A stretch of DNA of 64,000 nucleotides from Owenia fusiformis (taxonomy: Eukaryota). The stretch spans positions 43,710,001-43,774,000 of the forward strand of contig CAIIXF020000001.1 in assembly GCA_903813345.2 (NCBI GenBank), read 5' to 3'. Within the stretch, counting starts at the first letter, position 1. Each line of letters begins with the position of its first letter. A model generated the notes under the pieces. The model made no database searches. It was not told the DNA's origin and saw only the letters and a list, made by a program, of their open reading frames with translations. A program made the translations under genes and the position numbers. Below are positions 25,695 through 38,400 of this stretch, piece after piece.

Positions 25695-28600
25695 TTATTT
25701 TTTTGTCCCTACTGATAATCCGATGATCAGGCCAAGTATGGCCAAGATTACAAATACCACGATAATGCAGATACACTTTTTCCGTCTGGCCTTTGACTGC
25801 AAGTATATAGTATTTTTTCACTTTATTTCAAATACAAAACATATAATATATTCCTTTAAATGCATTTTAGGGTAAATAAAACATTAAATCTGATGTAACT
25901 CCCAACAAAAAAATATGTTTTCCAAATTTCACAAGGCATTTTTGTGATGGAGAAATGTTCTTGTCCTCGTGCATCCCCTTATTATTGCATGATTTTAATA
26001 CAGTATGTTAATTAGTTTTAATTTGCCTTGATGCAAGACCTTTCTTATAGCTATTACAAACTTTGTCCATTGGGATAAAAGACTGGACACTACCTCCATA
26101 CAACACCTACACGAGGATGTGAAGTAAATGGAGATGGATTGCAAAAAGGTAAATGCAAAGTATGAGTAGGGATGATTCAAACTTAAGTATACTATACCTG
26201 ATAGGTCTTTGCCTGGGACAACTGTGAGTTCCCTTCCTCTACATGTATGGCAGCACTTTCAACATTAGACTCTATGCTGTCTGCAAACAGTAAACATCTG
26301 ATTCATATTTTGAAATCATTATAACCTATATATACCAACAGAATGCAAATGAAAGATGTGTATCAATACTTTTCAATATCAATACTTTTACAGAGTGAAA
26401 ATTAGTGCCTGGCAACTCTGAGTTGTTTCATAATGTGTCAATGATGAGATACAATGAAACATTTCTGGTACTCGGTTCATCAAAGTATCGCCCTACTCAT
26501 TCCATGTCAAATTTTATTTTATATTCTGTAACTTCATTTTTACTCAACATATATTTTCCAATAAGATAAAACAAGGCAAAAATGACATGAAAATATCCCT
26601 ACCAATGGTTTCTCCTTGTTCATAGACCAGTTGGCCTAAGTCTTTAAATATTGTATTCACATCCATAATGTCACCCTTAAAAACAAAACAATAAAATTTT
26701 CGATTAGAACATTGTTGATTCAATATACAAGAATCTAACAAAAAATCACGAACCTTAAAAAACATATTATTTAAATATTTTTTCCAAAAATTGAATGCTT
26801 TTTTTAATATTAAGCCAAAATACATAATGTTACTCATCATAATGTTACTATTCATACCTCAAGTTTTTTAATAGATTCCTCTCTCTCTTTAATAAGGTCT
26901 AAGTCAATGTCTTCCTCCATCTGTAGAACTTGGGCTGTCTGGCTAAACCTGTTTACAGAGAATATTTACGTAGTGGGCAATTAATGTCATAACCAATAAT
27001 GGCATTATGTCATGTATGAGGTGAGGCAATGGAAATCTTAAAGGACAATTAAGTATTTTGGATTTATAAAGAATAAAACATAAGCATACAGCTTCATTTA
27101 CATTCCTACTGCTATTTCTTAATACGTGTATCACCACAACATATCTAAGGCTATTTTGGCAATTACTGATGAGAAATGATGAAACATGATGAAGAGCAGT
27201 TCATCAAAACTTGCTGGGGAAATAGTCGGAAGTCATACATTTAATCTTAACTTAACTATCTTTACCAGAAAGAAACCTACCCTCTCTCTGGGGATATGAG
27301 CTGGTCCGGACTTTTCTTCTCTTCTAATTCTTGGAATGGATTCTGAAAATTATAAAAGTCAAATAAAAAGATATTATTTGTAGTATTAAACGTGATGATA
27401 AGCACTTTAAAACTATGTTATATTTGTCCTTTAAATAGAATGTTTTTGTGCACATATAAAAGCCAATTCTATTTTATAAATGAAATCATGAAACATTGAA
27501 CAATGGTATAAATAGTACACAAATCCAAATACATTTTAACCTCTGAATGAGTTTTCATCACAGAGAATCTTGGAAATGAAAGTATTTTACATTTGTGAAG
27601 CACAAAATTAAAACAGGCCTCAACTGCACCATGAGCTAATCTTTCATATATCTGGTATTCATTCTTATTCTGTACACTACTCTGATTTACCTTAATTTGC
27701 TAAAACAGCCAAGAGTGCTTACTAGACTTTAAAATTAGAGTGTCTCACTCCAATTCACAATCTGGAAAATTAGCATTTGGGATTTGAGATTTGAACAAAA
27801 TTTTGAGATTTCGTGAGAATTGAACACAGAATTTTGTGTCCTGATGACCAACATTCAGTCAAAAGATTTTGATTGACTGAAACATTCATACATGTTAGAA
27901 TCTTACCAGGCCCGAATGCGCTCTCGCTCTCTTTACACTTTCCTTCTCCTTTTCTGCACACTGTCTCTGGGCAGCTTGGAAGTTGTTCAGTGCGGCTGTA
28001 AAGTCATTCATCAACCTCTCCTTCATCATCTTTCGTTGTTTCTGGAGTAAAGTTAATGTAATTTACAGTTCTACACAAAGGCTATAGATTGTAAAATACA
28101 GTGGGGGATTTAGGATTCAGGTGATGTGCGTCTGATGGATGTCTTCACTATCTTAAAGAAAATGAATTTTTTTGACGTTGAATGGAAATATATCTATGGA
28201 ATAAATCAAATGTGATAAACTCACTCTAAAGACGGTCTAATGTACTCACTGTTTCAGACTGTGAAATTGGTGTGGGTATGTGGGCTAGGTCTTTTAGAAG
28301 TTTTGTAGTTTCCTTAGCTATTTGATTTGTATAGTGTTGCATATTGTGGCTGAAAATAAATCAAATTTACATGTACATCAAGAAGTCCTCCTCGATAAGG
28401 TCCATGATAAAAAAAATCAATAACTTAATCAAACGACATTTTTCAATGAATTACAATAAATAGAAGTAAACTTCTAGACAAGAAAGTTCATATCAAATTC
28501 AAACAAGAACACAAATGTGTACAAAATGTCCCCACCAAGTGGTGATCCCGTCAAATGGTTATCCTGAAAATGAGTAGACAAGACTTTACCAACACAATTT

Positions 28601-31600
28601 GAGGACGGAAAATCCAAAGTGGCCACCTTAAAATTTACCCAGAATGCCAAAAATTTAGTCAGTTCTAGATTTTCATACTAAGAACCACCCCTGAAAATTT
28701 GAAATTGATCCGTCACACAGTTAACCAGAAAACATGTAAACAAGACTTTACAGACAAGATTTCAGGATGGTAAATCCAAAATGGCTGCCTTGACATTTAC
28801 CCAGAATGTCAAAAAACTAATCTGTTTGTAGATTTTCATACTAAGAATCATCCCTGAAAATATGAAATTGATCTACCAAACGGTTCACCTGAAAACAGGA
28901 AGACAAGACTTTATAGACAAGATTTTAGGACAGAAAATCCAAAATGACTGCCTTAACATTTACGCAGAATGCAAAAAAACTAATCAGATGTAGATTTTGA
29001 TACAAAGAATCATCCCTGAAAATTTGAAATTGATCTATCAAACCGTTCACCTAAAAACGCATAGACAAGACTTTACAGGCAAGATTTTAAGACGGAAAAT
29101 CCAAAATGGCTGCCTTGACATTTACCCAGAATGGATATAGTCCTGAGTTAGGACATTAGCGGTTACCGTTAGTGATTTGGTTTTCTGAATAAAAGTCATT
29201 TTCTCCTTCCCTACCCCATTGGAGCGCCATCTAGCGTTTGGGAAGTGAATCGGGAATAAATATTTATAGGGTAGGTCCTAATTTATCTGAAAACATGTCA
29301 GAGTTCAGTGGGAAATCTCATTTTAAGCTGGCGGCGGAGTGATTTTGACCTTGGTGATTTTACCAGAATTCTCTGAGAAATCTGACGATAGAGGGGGTTA
29401 GTGTCTTCAAGTTTATTTATTTCAAAAATTCGGTGGACAACCCATGGTAAGATTGTTATAGCAGGCTAGGCGAGTCTCTCCCGAACACTGTGGTATGTTG
29501 CACTAGGCTTGGATACTAATCGTTAATAAGATACAGGGTAAAATGTTATAATGGCCACCTATGGGAAACTCTACTGTGATCTTCAACCTATTAGAAGGCG
29601 CTTTTTTGGGGCATTTTGAAGGTTTTATCCCCTTTTGAGGTTTTTTAGTTCATTGAGAAGCCTAATAGCGCATATCATATTAAAGGGCTGTATCTTAGCT
29701 GAACAATGCTACCAAAATCGTGACATTTTGAAGCAATTTTGGTGTTTTGGGGGCGAGGCCACTGTGCCAAGTACCCCGAATTCCATTCTCCCGTGCCATT
29801 CAATTGTTTTCGGGGCAGTTTTGAATGAACCTTTGTTTCTTCCTACCAGTATGACGTCATAAGATGCAATTGAACGCCTTGGCATGGATATCACTTGAAA
29901 GATAGTAGAAATCGCTTTCCAATGATACCCCATATGGCCATGTTCACCTCAGTTGGGTGTACTCAATCTGTGATGCAATCTGTAAGGTGTACCCCTACCC
30001 CAAAGAAATTTCAAGAAATCTCAAAATCAAATTTCCTGAATTTTGCTAAAAGGACCTGTGTCTATAAGAATTGAATTTTCCTCCGTGCTTTTTCTCAAAT
30101 ATAGGATTGTTATATACCATTGTGATCGGGATTATGCCTACAATGCTAATATAACCATGTTGGAAGAAAACAAACTAATTCAGTTTACTATTAGAAGGCG
30201 CTTTTTTGGGGCATTTTGAAGGTTTTATCCCCTTTTGAGGTTTTTTAGTTCATTGAGAAGCCTAATAGCGCATATCATATTAAAGGGCTGTATCTTAGCT
30301 GAACAATGCTACCAAAATCGTGACATTTTGAAGCAATTTTGGTGTTTTGGGGGCGAGGCCACTGTGCCAAGTACCCCGAATTCCATTCTCCCGTGCCATT
30401 CAATTGTTTTCGGGGCAGTTTTGAATGAACCTTTGTTTCTTCCTACCAGTATGACGTCATAAGATGCAATTGAACGCCTTGGCATGGATATCACTTGAAA
30501 GATAGTAGAAATCGCTTTCCAATGATACCCCATATGGCCATGTTCACCTCAGTTGGGTGTACTCAATCTGTGATGCAATCTGTAAGGTGTACCCCTACCC
30601 CAAAGAAATTTCAAGAAATCTCAAAATCAAATTTCCTGAATTTTGCTAAAAGGACCTGTGTCTATAAGAATTGAATTTTCCTCCGTGCTTTTTCTCAAAT
30701 ATAGGATTGTTATATACCATTGTGATCGGGATTATGCCTACAATGCTAATATAACCATGTTGGAAGAAAACAAACTAATTCAGTTTACTATTAGGATATA
30801 GTCCTGAGTTAGGACATTAGCGGTTACCGTTAGTGATTTGGTTTTCTGAATAAAAGTCATTTTCTCCTTCCCTACCCCATTGGAGCGCCATCTAGCGTTT
30901 GGGAAGTGAATCGGGAATAAATATTTATAGGGTAGGTCCTAATTTATCTGAAAACATGTCAGAGTTCAGTGGGAAATCTCATTTTAAGCTGGCGGCGGAG
31001 TGATTTTGACCTTGGTGATTTTACCAGAATTCTCTGAGAAATCTGACGATAGAGGGGGTTAGTGTCTTCAAGTTTATTTATTTCAAAAATTCGGTGGACA
31101 ACCCATGGTAAGATTGTTATAGCAGGCTAGGCGAGTCTCTCCCGAACACTGTGGTATGTTGCACTAGGCTTGGATACTAATCGTTAATAAGATACAGGGT
31201 AAAATGTTATAATGGCCACCTATGGGAAACTCTACTGTGATCTTCAACCAATGCAAAAAAACTAATCAGTTCTAGATTTACATACTAAGAATCATTCCTG
31301 AAAATTTGAAATTGATCTACCAAACAGTTCACCTGAAAACGAGTAGACAAGACTTTACAGACAAGATTTTAGGACGGAAAATCCAAAATGGCTGCCTTAA
31401 CATTTACCCAGAATGCCCAAAAACTAATCAGATCTAGATTTTTATACTAAGAATCATCCCTGAAAATTTGAAATTGATCCACCAAACGGTTCACCTGAAA
31501 ACGCGCAGACAAGACTTCACAGACAAGATTTTAGGACCGAAAAATCCAAAATGGCTGACAATAAAAAAGTCCTTTTGCTGATTTCTTTTTACAAAATTAT

Positions 31601-34487
31601 CACATATAACTACTGTTTATAATAAAGTAGGCTTTTACAACAAAGTACATCTGAAATTATTTATAAAGCTACTAAATAGTTAAAGTATGAAAACTCAAAA
31701 ACACCATTCAATATGATACAAAGTATTATCGTGCGCTAACTTTTCTTAAGACATTCAAAATGGCTGACATGACTGAGCTAGCAGGTCCAAAACCTAATCA
31801 GATCTAGAATGAAGTGAGCTGAATAAGATGTTAAAGTTTTAAAAGCAACTGTGAAGCAGTTTTTCTTAAAGTTTGCAGACAAGGATTTTAGCATTTGACT
31901 TCAAAATGGCAGACAGGAAGTAGGTTTCGAGTAAAATTTTTTTCATCCACATCTATAGGCACTCATAAGTTATCCCTGAAAATTTGAAGGTGATATCTGT
32001 AGCGGTTTTGGAGAAAACTCCCGGACGTACGGACAGACGGACAGACGGACGCGCCTAGGCCGACAATATGGCCCCACACTATGTGGTGGGGACATAATAA
32101 AAAATTAGTACTGTGGGTACTGGGCTCACATGGTGTTGCTCAAAAGTGAAGTGAATGATGGCTAAAATAACAGAAAATAAAAAAAACGGATATAATTTTA
32201 TTTCAAGTCACTTGCTACTATTTTGGACTGACTGAGAGACAGATGGACAAATCGATGTTAAGTAAAATGGCTGAAAAAAAACGGATATAATTTTTTGCCA
32301 ATTATTAGTAACAAAATTATTTCACGAGAAATTTCGCGAGACAAAAATGGCGACCATTTTGAAAATAGGCGAGCTTTTGAACCAAGAGTCACAGGAGAGT
32401 TTTTTGTATTTATGTTGAACAAAATTAACTTTAAACGGGAATCCTATCGACAGAGGGTTTAAGGCAAATGGTCCAAAAGTGAATTTTGCGAGACAAATGG
32501 ACAAATCAATGTTAACTAAAATGGCTGAAAATAAAAAAAATGGATATAATTTTTTGCTGATTTTTCGTAACAAAATTATTTCATACATCTGCTTTTTACA
32601 TTGACATGGATTTTTACAATGTAGGACACTTGAAATTATTTGTAAAGCTAGGAAATGGGTCAAAAGTGAATTTCGCGAGACAAAAATGGCGGCCATTTTG
32701 AAAATAGGCGAGCTTTTGAACCAGGAGTCATAAGGGAGTTTTCTGTATTGATGTTGAACAGAAACAACTTAAAACAGGAATCCTATCGACAGAGGTTTTA
32801 AAACGTGCCACTGTTGTAGACGGAAAAGTGGATTTCGCGAGTCAGATGGACAAATCAATGTTAACTAAAATGGCTAAAAATAAAAAAAATGGATATAATT
32901 TTTTGCTGATTTTTCGTAACAAAATTATTTCATACATCTGCTTTTTACATTGACATGGATTTTTACAATGTAGGACACTTGCAATTATTTGTAAAGCTAG
33001 GAAATGGGTCAAAAGTGAATTTCACGAGACAAAAATGGTGGCCATTTTGAAAATAGGCGAGCTTTTGAACCAGGAGTCATAGGGGAGTTTTCTGTATGGA
33101 TGTTGAACAGAAATAACTTAAAACAGAAATCCTATCGACAGAGGTTTTAAAACGTGCCACTATTGTTGATGGACGGACGCACGGACGGACAGACGGACAG
33201 ACGGACGAGTGAGTGATTGCAAAAGCTCACCATGTGAGCTAAAAAGGACACCATCATATATTCACATTTCTTAAAACCTGAAATATTTTATTTCTCATTT
33301 TTTATTTGCAAACATGTTTTAAAGGAGCATAATGGAAAAATTCCAAAGTGGCAGTACATATAGCAGATTATTTTAAAAGCATGAAATACAAATAGATCAG
33401 TAAATGCAACATTAAACGCTTTATTTATATGAGACTATGTAAGTTTTCTACCAACCTTTTATCCCTCAGATCTTGTGAATCTTGTTGTGTGCCAATTTTG
33501 TTGATCATCTGTTGTAATTGTGAAACTAAAAAATAAATCATAATGCATGAAATCTATATGACAAAAAGTCAATGTTTAGGGTGGAACCAAAAAAGTAACC
33601 CTATTTTGGAATACTTTCATCAATTATGATAAAACCTTCTTAATTTTGTAAAATGTAGAAATAATGTTTTAATTTTTTAATGCATAAAACAAAGATGCAC
33701 TAACATAGCATCAATGACATTAATGATTTAGAGAAATTATATTTGTTGTCTTGGCATACTGTCTTTCCAAATCAATGCTAAATGCAGATTTAAAAGTACT
33801 TTGCATACCATTTGACGATATTTTCTGTATATTGTTGCCTATGGTCTGTGAAAGTCTAGTATAGTCATTAGAAGATTCCCGGGCTGAAAAATAAAAGAAC
33901 AAGAAACAATTAAAAACAATGTTGGTCAATTGATTAAGTAGAAGTCCTATCTCTATTCTCATATGTCTCTAGCCAAAGCATTTGGGGGGGAGGTTCTCCC
34001 CCAAGAAAATTTGAAAATGAGATTGCATTTGTAGCTTTCTGGGGCATTTAAGAATAGGAAATTCTGACTAATATAGACTAATTAAATGTGAATTATTGGC
34101 CATGTTTATCCAATATTTAATTACATGAACCCGTTTTTAAAAAAATAAATTTTTCTCTAAATTTTGAGAGAATACGCCATGGTGTTTTATGCGTATATGA
34201 CACTACACCAGTGCTTCTTAATGACTTACATTATTTAAAAAAAACTTGAAATGTGAACACCTGCTAATCCAAACACCTTTGGTTGGTCAATGTCTATCAT
34301 CTGCTGAAGGTTCCAATGACATTCAAAAAAGACGGGTTTTACTTATGTATGATGACATCATTTTTTCAACAAGGGAAGTGTGGCATTGCAAATGCTTGAG
34401 AAGTAGAGATTTATACTTACAAGGACCTGACTGATATGAAGAGTGTCCATCAGGTTCATATGAACCAAAGCTTCCTCTTGTAGCCAT
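25695..34487 (-). CDS. STX7: Syntaxin-7/12 (endosomal Qa-SNARE). Exons 34487-34421, 33883-33809, 33525-33456, 28349-28250, 28041-27907, 27342-27281, 26948-26858, 26675-26603, 26280-26198, 25796-25695
   Basis: Habc region ([53 protein letters not shown]), SNARE motif [45 protein letters not shown]-terminal TM helix; likely pro-ortholog of STX7 and STX12. Confidence 0.93.
28501..32097. mobile_element. Helentron/HINE-like element with ~163-bp tandem units, interrupted by the 29133-31249 insertion
   Basis: Subterminal inverted repeats ATGTCCCCACCA (about 28526) and TGGTGGGGACAT (about 32083); GGAC/AGAC microsatellite; CAAGACTTTA recurs at 28741, 28904, 29066 and 31348. Confidence 0.8.
29133..31249. 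mobile_element. Unclassified young insertion, A-B-B-A direct-repeat structure, AAT target duplication
   Basis: A = 29133-29588 = 30794-31249 (456 bp); B = 29594-30188 = 30194-30788 (595 bp); TATTA at all three internal junctions; AAT on both flanks. Confidence 0.85.
32102..33245. mobile_element. HINE-like element with ~350-bp internal tandem units
   Basis: Repeated CGAGACAAAAATGGCGGCCATTTTGAAAATAGGCGAGC blocks; (GGAC)n microsatellite; AGCTCACCATGTGAGCT hairpin at the end. Confidence 0.75.
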
Positions 34488-35446
34488 TGTGTTCAATCTG
34501 ATTCTTGCCTATGTGTTACGAAGTGAAATGACTTTTAATGACCAGTCTTCAGTTCAAGTGCTACATGTACACTTCCACTTCCACTGAAAATAATAACAAT
34601 GAGTCATATATCAGGTGACAATGTACTGTAAACTTACAATGATAAAGCAGAAAATATATTTAATACAGACAAAGGGACGTCAAATATGCAGACTTTTTAT
34701 ATTGTTGTATTTTATGTCACAAGACCTACAGTCCCCTACAATCTATCCAAAAACGTCAGAGCATGAACATCTGCATCTTCATCTTCTAATTTCAGAAATA
34801 GACTAATTTAGGCAGATAAATACATTGGCTGAACTACATATATGTCCTGATCTCTCTTTTAAGGAAGATGTATACCCTTCATCCAGTACCAGTTAAATAA
34901 TACATTTGCAATAGCTGATTTATACTTCATTAATTCTTTGAAAAGTGACAAATAATCTATTGAGTCAAAAAAATAAAAATAATTTCCTGATTTTCATGTT
35001 TTCTTTCGCGTTAACTTGAAAATCTAAGCCTACGTACCTATTTTAACGATGTATGTAACGCCCTGTAAAATAGCTTTATTATATGATATCAAAAACCCGA
35101 GATATTTTATTCCAATTCGATATTTACGCAGAAATAGGAAAAATATTTTTAGTTCCTCCTCTTTCAGGTGGCCATTTTAAGTTGGTGACGTCATTTTCCA
35201 TTTTTTGCGCAAGTAATCTAAACAATAAAATAAACTTCTTCGTGTTGACTAAATATTTAATAGATTCAAACGTAGTATAACATAAAAGTGCTTTATTAGC
35301 TATTCATAAATCTTAACATTAATTCCCATTTTGTGCATATTAATGTAGATAAATTCTACTGCGCCAAATATAAATGATTTATCAATGTTTTCTTATTTCG
35401 CTACGGCAAGAAATTCGACCTTGACATTTTACCATCCTAAACAGAA

Positions 35447-38400
35447 ATGGCTGATGTTTTGGGTTACCTTTATGCTGCCACTGTGGCAGGTGGTGGTGTA
35501 GTTGGTTACGTGAAAGCAGGTAAATATACTCATGAATATCCATAGCAAATGATGTAATTGTGATCTAAACTATGTATGTCTGGTATTGAACATAATTCAT
35601 TTACCAAAAGACAGACCAGACTTTGAACAAAAAATACAAGTGCTGAAATGAAAGTGCACTTGAGGAAGTTTCAAGTGCATGTTCTTCAAGTTTATTGATG
35701 TTTGATCTTAAAGTCTAAAGGGTCTCCCCTCAAAAAATACTGATGCTGATTTGTTGGATGTGAAAAAAACTGTGCAAAAACAGATACAGTCACGGGCTAC
35801 TAGAGTTTCCACGTATATGGAGTATGACCGGTTCTTAGGCTACGAATATTACCTGTTTTGGAAAGTCATGAGAGGCACAGCTGCTTAAAAATGGAAAATA
35901 AAGGTTAACTTCTATATTATCCTTTTTGAAATTGTGTTTGTTGAATATAGTTTATGCTGTATTTAATAGTCATGTAACAAAAAAATGTTAAACATGAGCT
36001 ATTTTAGCAATGTAACTGTTCATAATGGAATAACAATCAGAAAGTACAGATTTCTCGCCTTAGAGCCAAATCATTAATATCACAGTAGAAAAAAACAAAT
36101 CCCAAACCTTTTAATGGCTAACCTGAACAAGATCTCCAAATCTCAGTTTATATGATCCCCCGTAGAGTGAGCAAGAGAAGGATTTATCTTTTCCCAGAGG
36201 ATACGCTTGTGTAATGTCATGGAAGACATTTCACAACCGTATCCTCCAATAATGGGGCACCAGTGACATTCGTATTCTCAAAAATTCAAAGATGTATCAT
36301 ATTTGGACAGAGCAGGCTAAATTATTTAAAATATTCATGACTAATTCGTAGATCTAGCTATATATTATACATAAGATGTGTCATCCTCTTCAGAGTTGAG
36401 TTGTGTAACACAAAAACTGATCAAAGATGCTGGAAACTAGGATTTTACGGCTTCAATCTAATATTAATACGTTTTCTCTTGATTAAGGCCCCTTGTGATA
36501 TGCCTGGCATTATAAGTATACCAAGTATCATTCATTGACCAAGTAAGATAAAAAGAAAACGTTCGAAAGTGTTCATAAAAAGCAAGTACTCACCTCGTCT
36601 GTTTATAGGAACAGAAATACGGTCACACTCGTAAGCTTAGAACCGGTCATACTCAATATACGCGGATATTCTAGTAACCCGTGTACAGTGCTCACCATAA
36701 ATAAACGACACATGGATTTGCTGAAGTGAGGATTTCCCATTTTAAAAATATAAGAATTTTCAAGTGACCAATGATTGACCATACATTAGTAGTTGAGAGT
36801 ATACAAAATGTAGAATATACAAAACTTATGGGATGTTATCTCGAGATTATTGGAAAGTATGAAGTCTCAAATCACCATGGTCTTGGCATGGGCTTTTAAC
36901 TAGAATTGAAAGTCCATGGTCTGGGAATGGTGATAGAAAATCAAGATGCCATTTATTTATGGTGAGCACTGTAAAACTCTCTATAGTGATGAGGACACCA
37001 AACTAGGGCTCAACTCCGGATGACAGTGTACATGTACAGTACGACATTTAGTGTGATTATTTCCTCATTATTAAGAAATTCTAAGAGTTTCCAAATTCGA
37101 TCATTAATTCTAGACATTTAGAAAGCACTTGCTCCAATTACAGAGCATGTCCATCAGTGTAACCAACATTAATTACCCATATTATGTATCTGATAGTTAT
37201 ACAAATTAAAATATGTCCACTGTCCAGTAAAAGAAAATACATGTATTATCTGTCCAATCATGGGCTTTCAATTAGAAGTTGAAAGCCCATGGTCCAATAT
37301 AAGAAAATATATTTCACTTTTTGTAATTTTATAATATGGGGAGTCTCCCTGAACTTGAAGTCATATTTTCAAAGAGAATTAAATTTTCAAAGATGATAAA
37401 CACTTTTTAAAACCACATTTCTAGATGTGGATCTCAAATATGATTTCACATTTGAATCTTTAATGACGTAAATCAAGATTATTTCTACTCACATCTAGTC
37501 TATTAACATCCAAAAGGAACTGAGGTATTGCCAATCTGTATCTTCCAATCTTTGAGCACAAAAAACAAGTTATTGAGAGTCTAATATTGGAATGCAAGCG
37601 AGACTTATGTTCATGATGTTTTGGAGGGGTTTTGATGAAGTGTTTCATATTTCAACTATCATCAAACAAGAACAGCTTAGAGACAGGTTTCACAGAACCT
37701 TTTGATGAACATATTCCTTTCATAACATTTAGGCAATATAGCTGTAATAAAAATTGTTTAATTGAATCATATCACATTTAAGATTCAATCAATTCTTTTT
37801 TATTTTGTAGGAAGCTCAATATCCCTTGGAATGGGCTTGTTATTTGGAAGTATCCTTGGATTTGGCGCCCACCTGACTTCACAGGATCCAAAGAACGTAT
37901 GGGTTACACTAGGTATGTATGAAATTCTTTTTTTTGCTTTAGCGTAAGTCAATTACACTTTCAATTTAGAATTGGAAGAATCGATGGACAAATTAATTGT
38001 AACAAACATGTGATTTAAAGACCAAAAGCAAGAACTCTGTAAATGGCACTTCGGAATAAAGAGGCCATTTGAAAGAGCTTTGAAAATGTTAAACATAAGA
38101 TTGTGATTTAGATTTGATATCCCTTTATTGCATCTACATCAGTGCCCGGGCATCAGTGCTGTGTAGTTAGATTTTAAATCTTAGATTAGACTAATAAAAA
38201 TGTTATCCAGAGAGTCAAATTATTTATAGACATGTCATTCAGACCTTTAACTATTATTAGAAAGTCATCTTCATGAAGTATGGTATGCTATCAAGTTTAC
38301 ACAAAGTTACAACAAAATTTCTTGAAATATTCAAAACTGCCACCACTTTTACTTTGACAAAACTACAGGACTGATAAATGATCTAAATATAGCTTTAAAT

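Noticed and set aside
29635..30533. Duplicated 74-75-aa ORFs in the B modules as element-encoded proteins
   Set aside because: Short, overlapping on opposite strands and without recognisable motifs; duplicated only because B is duplicated.
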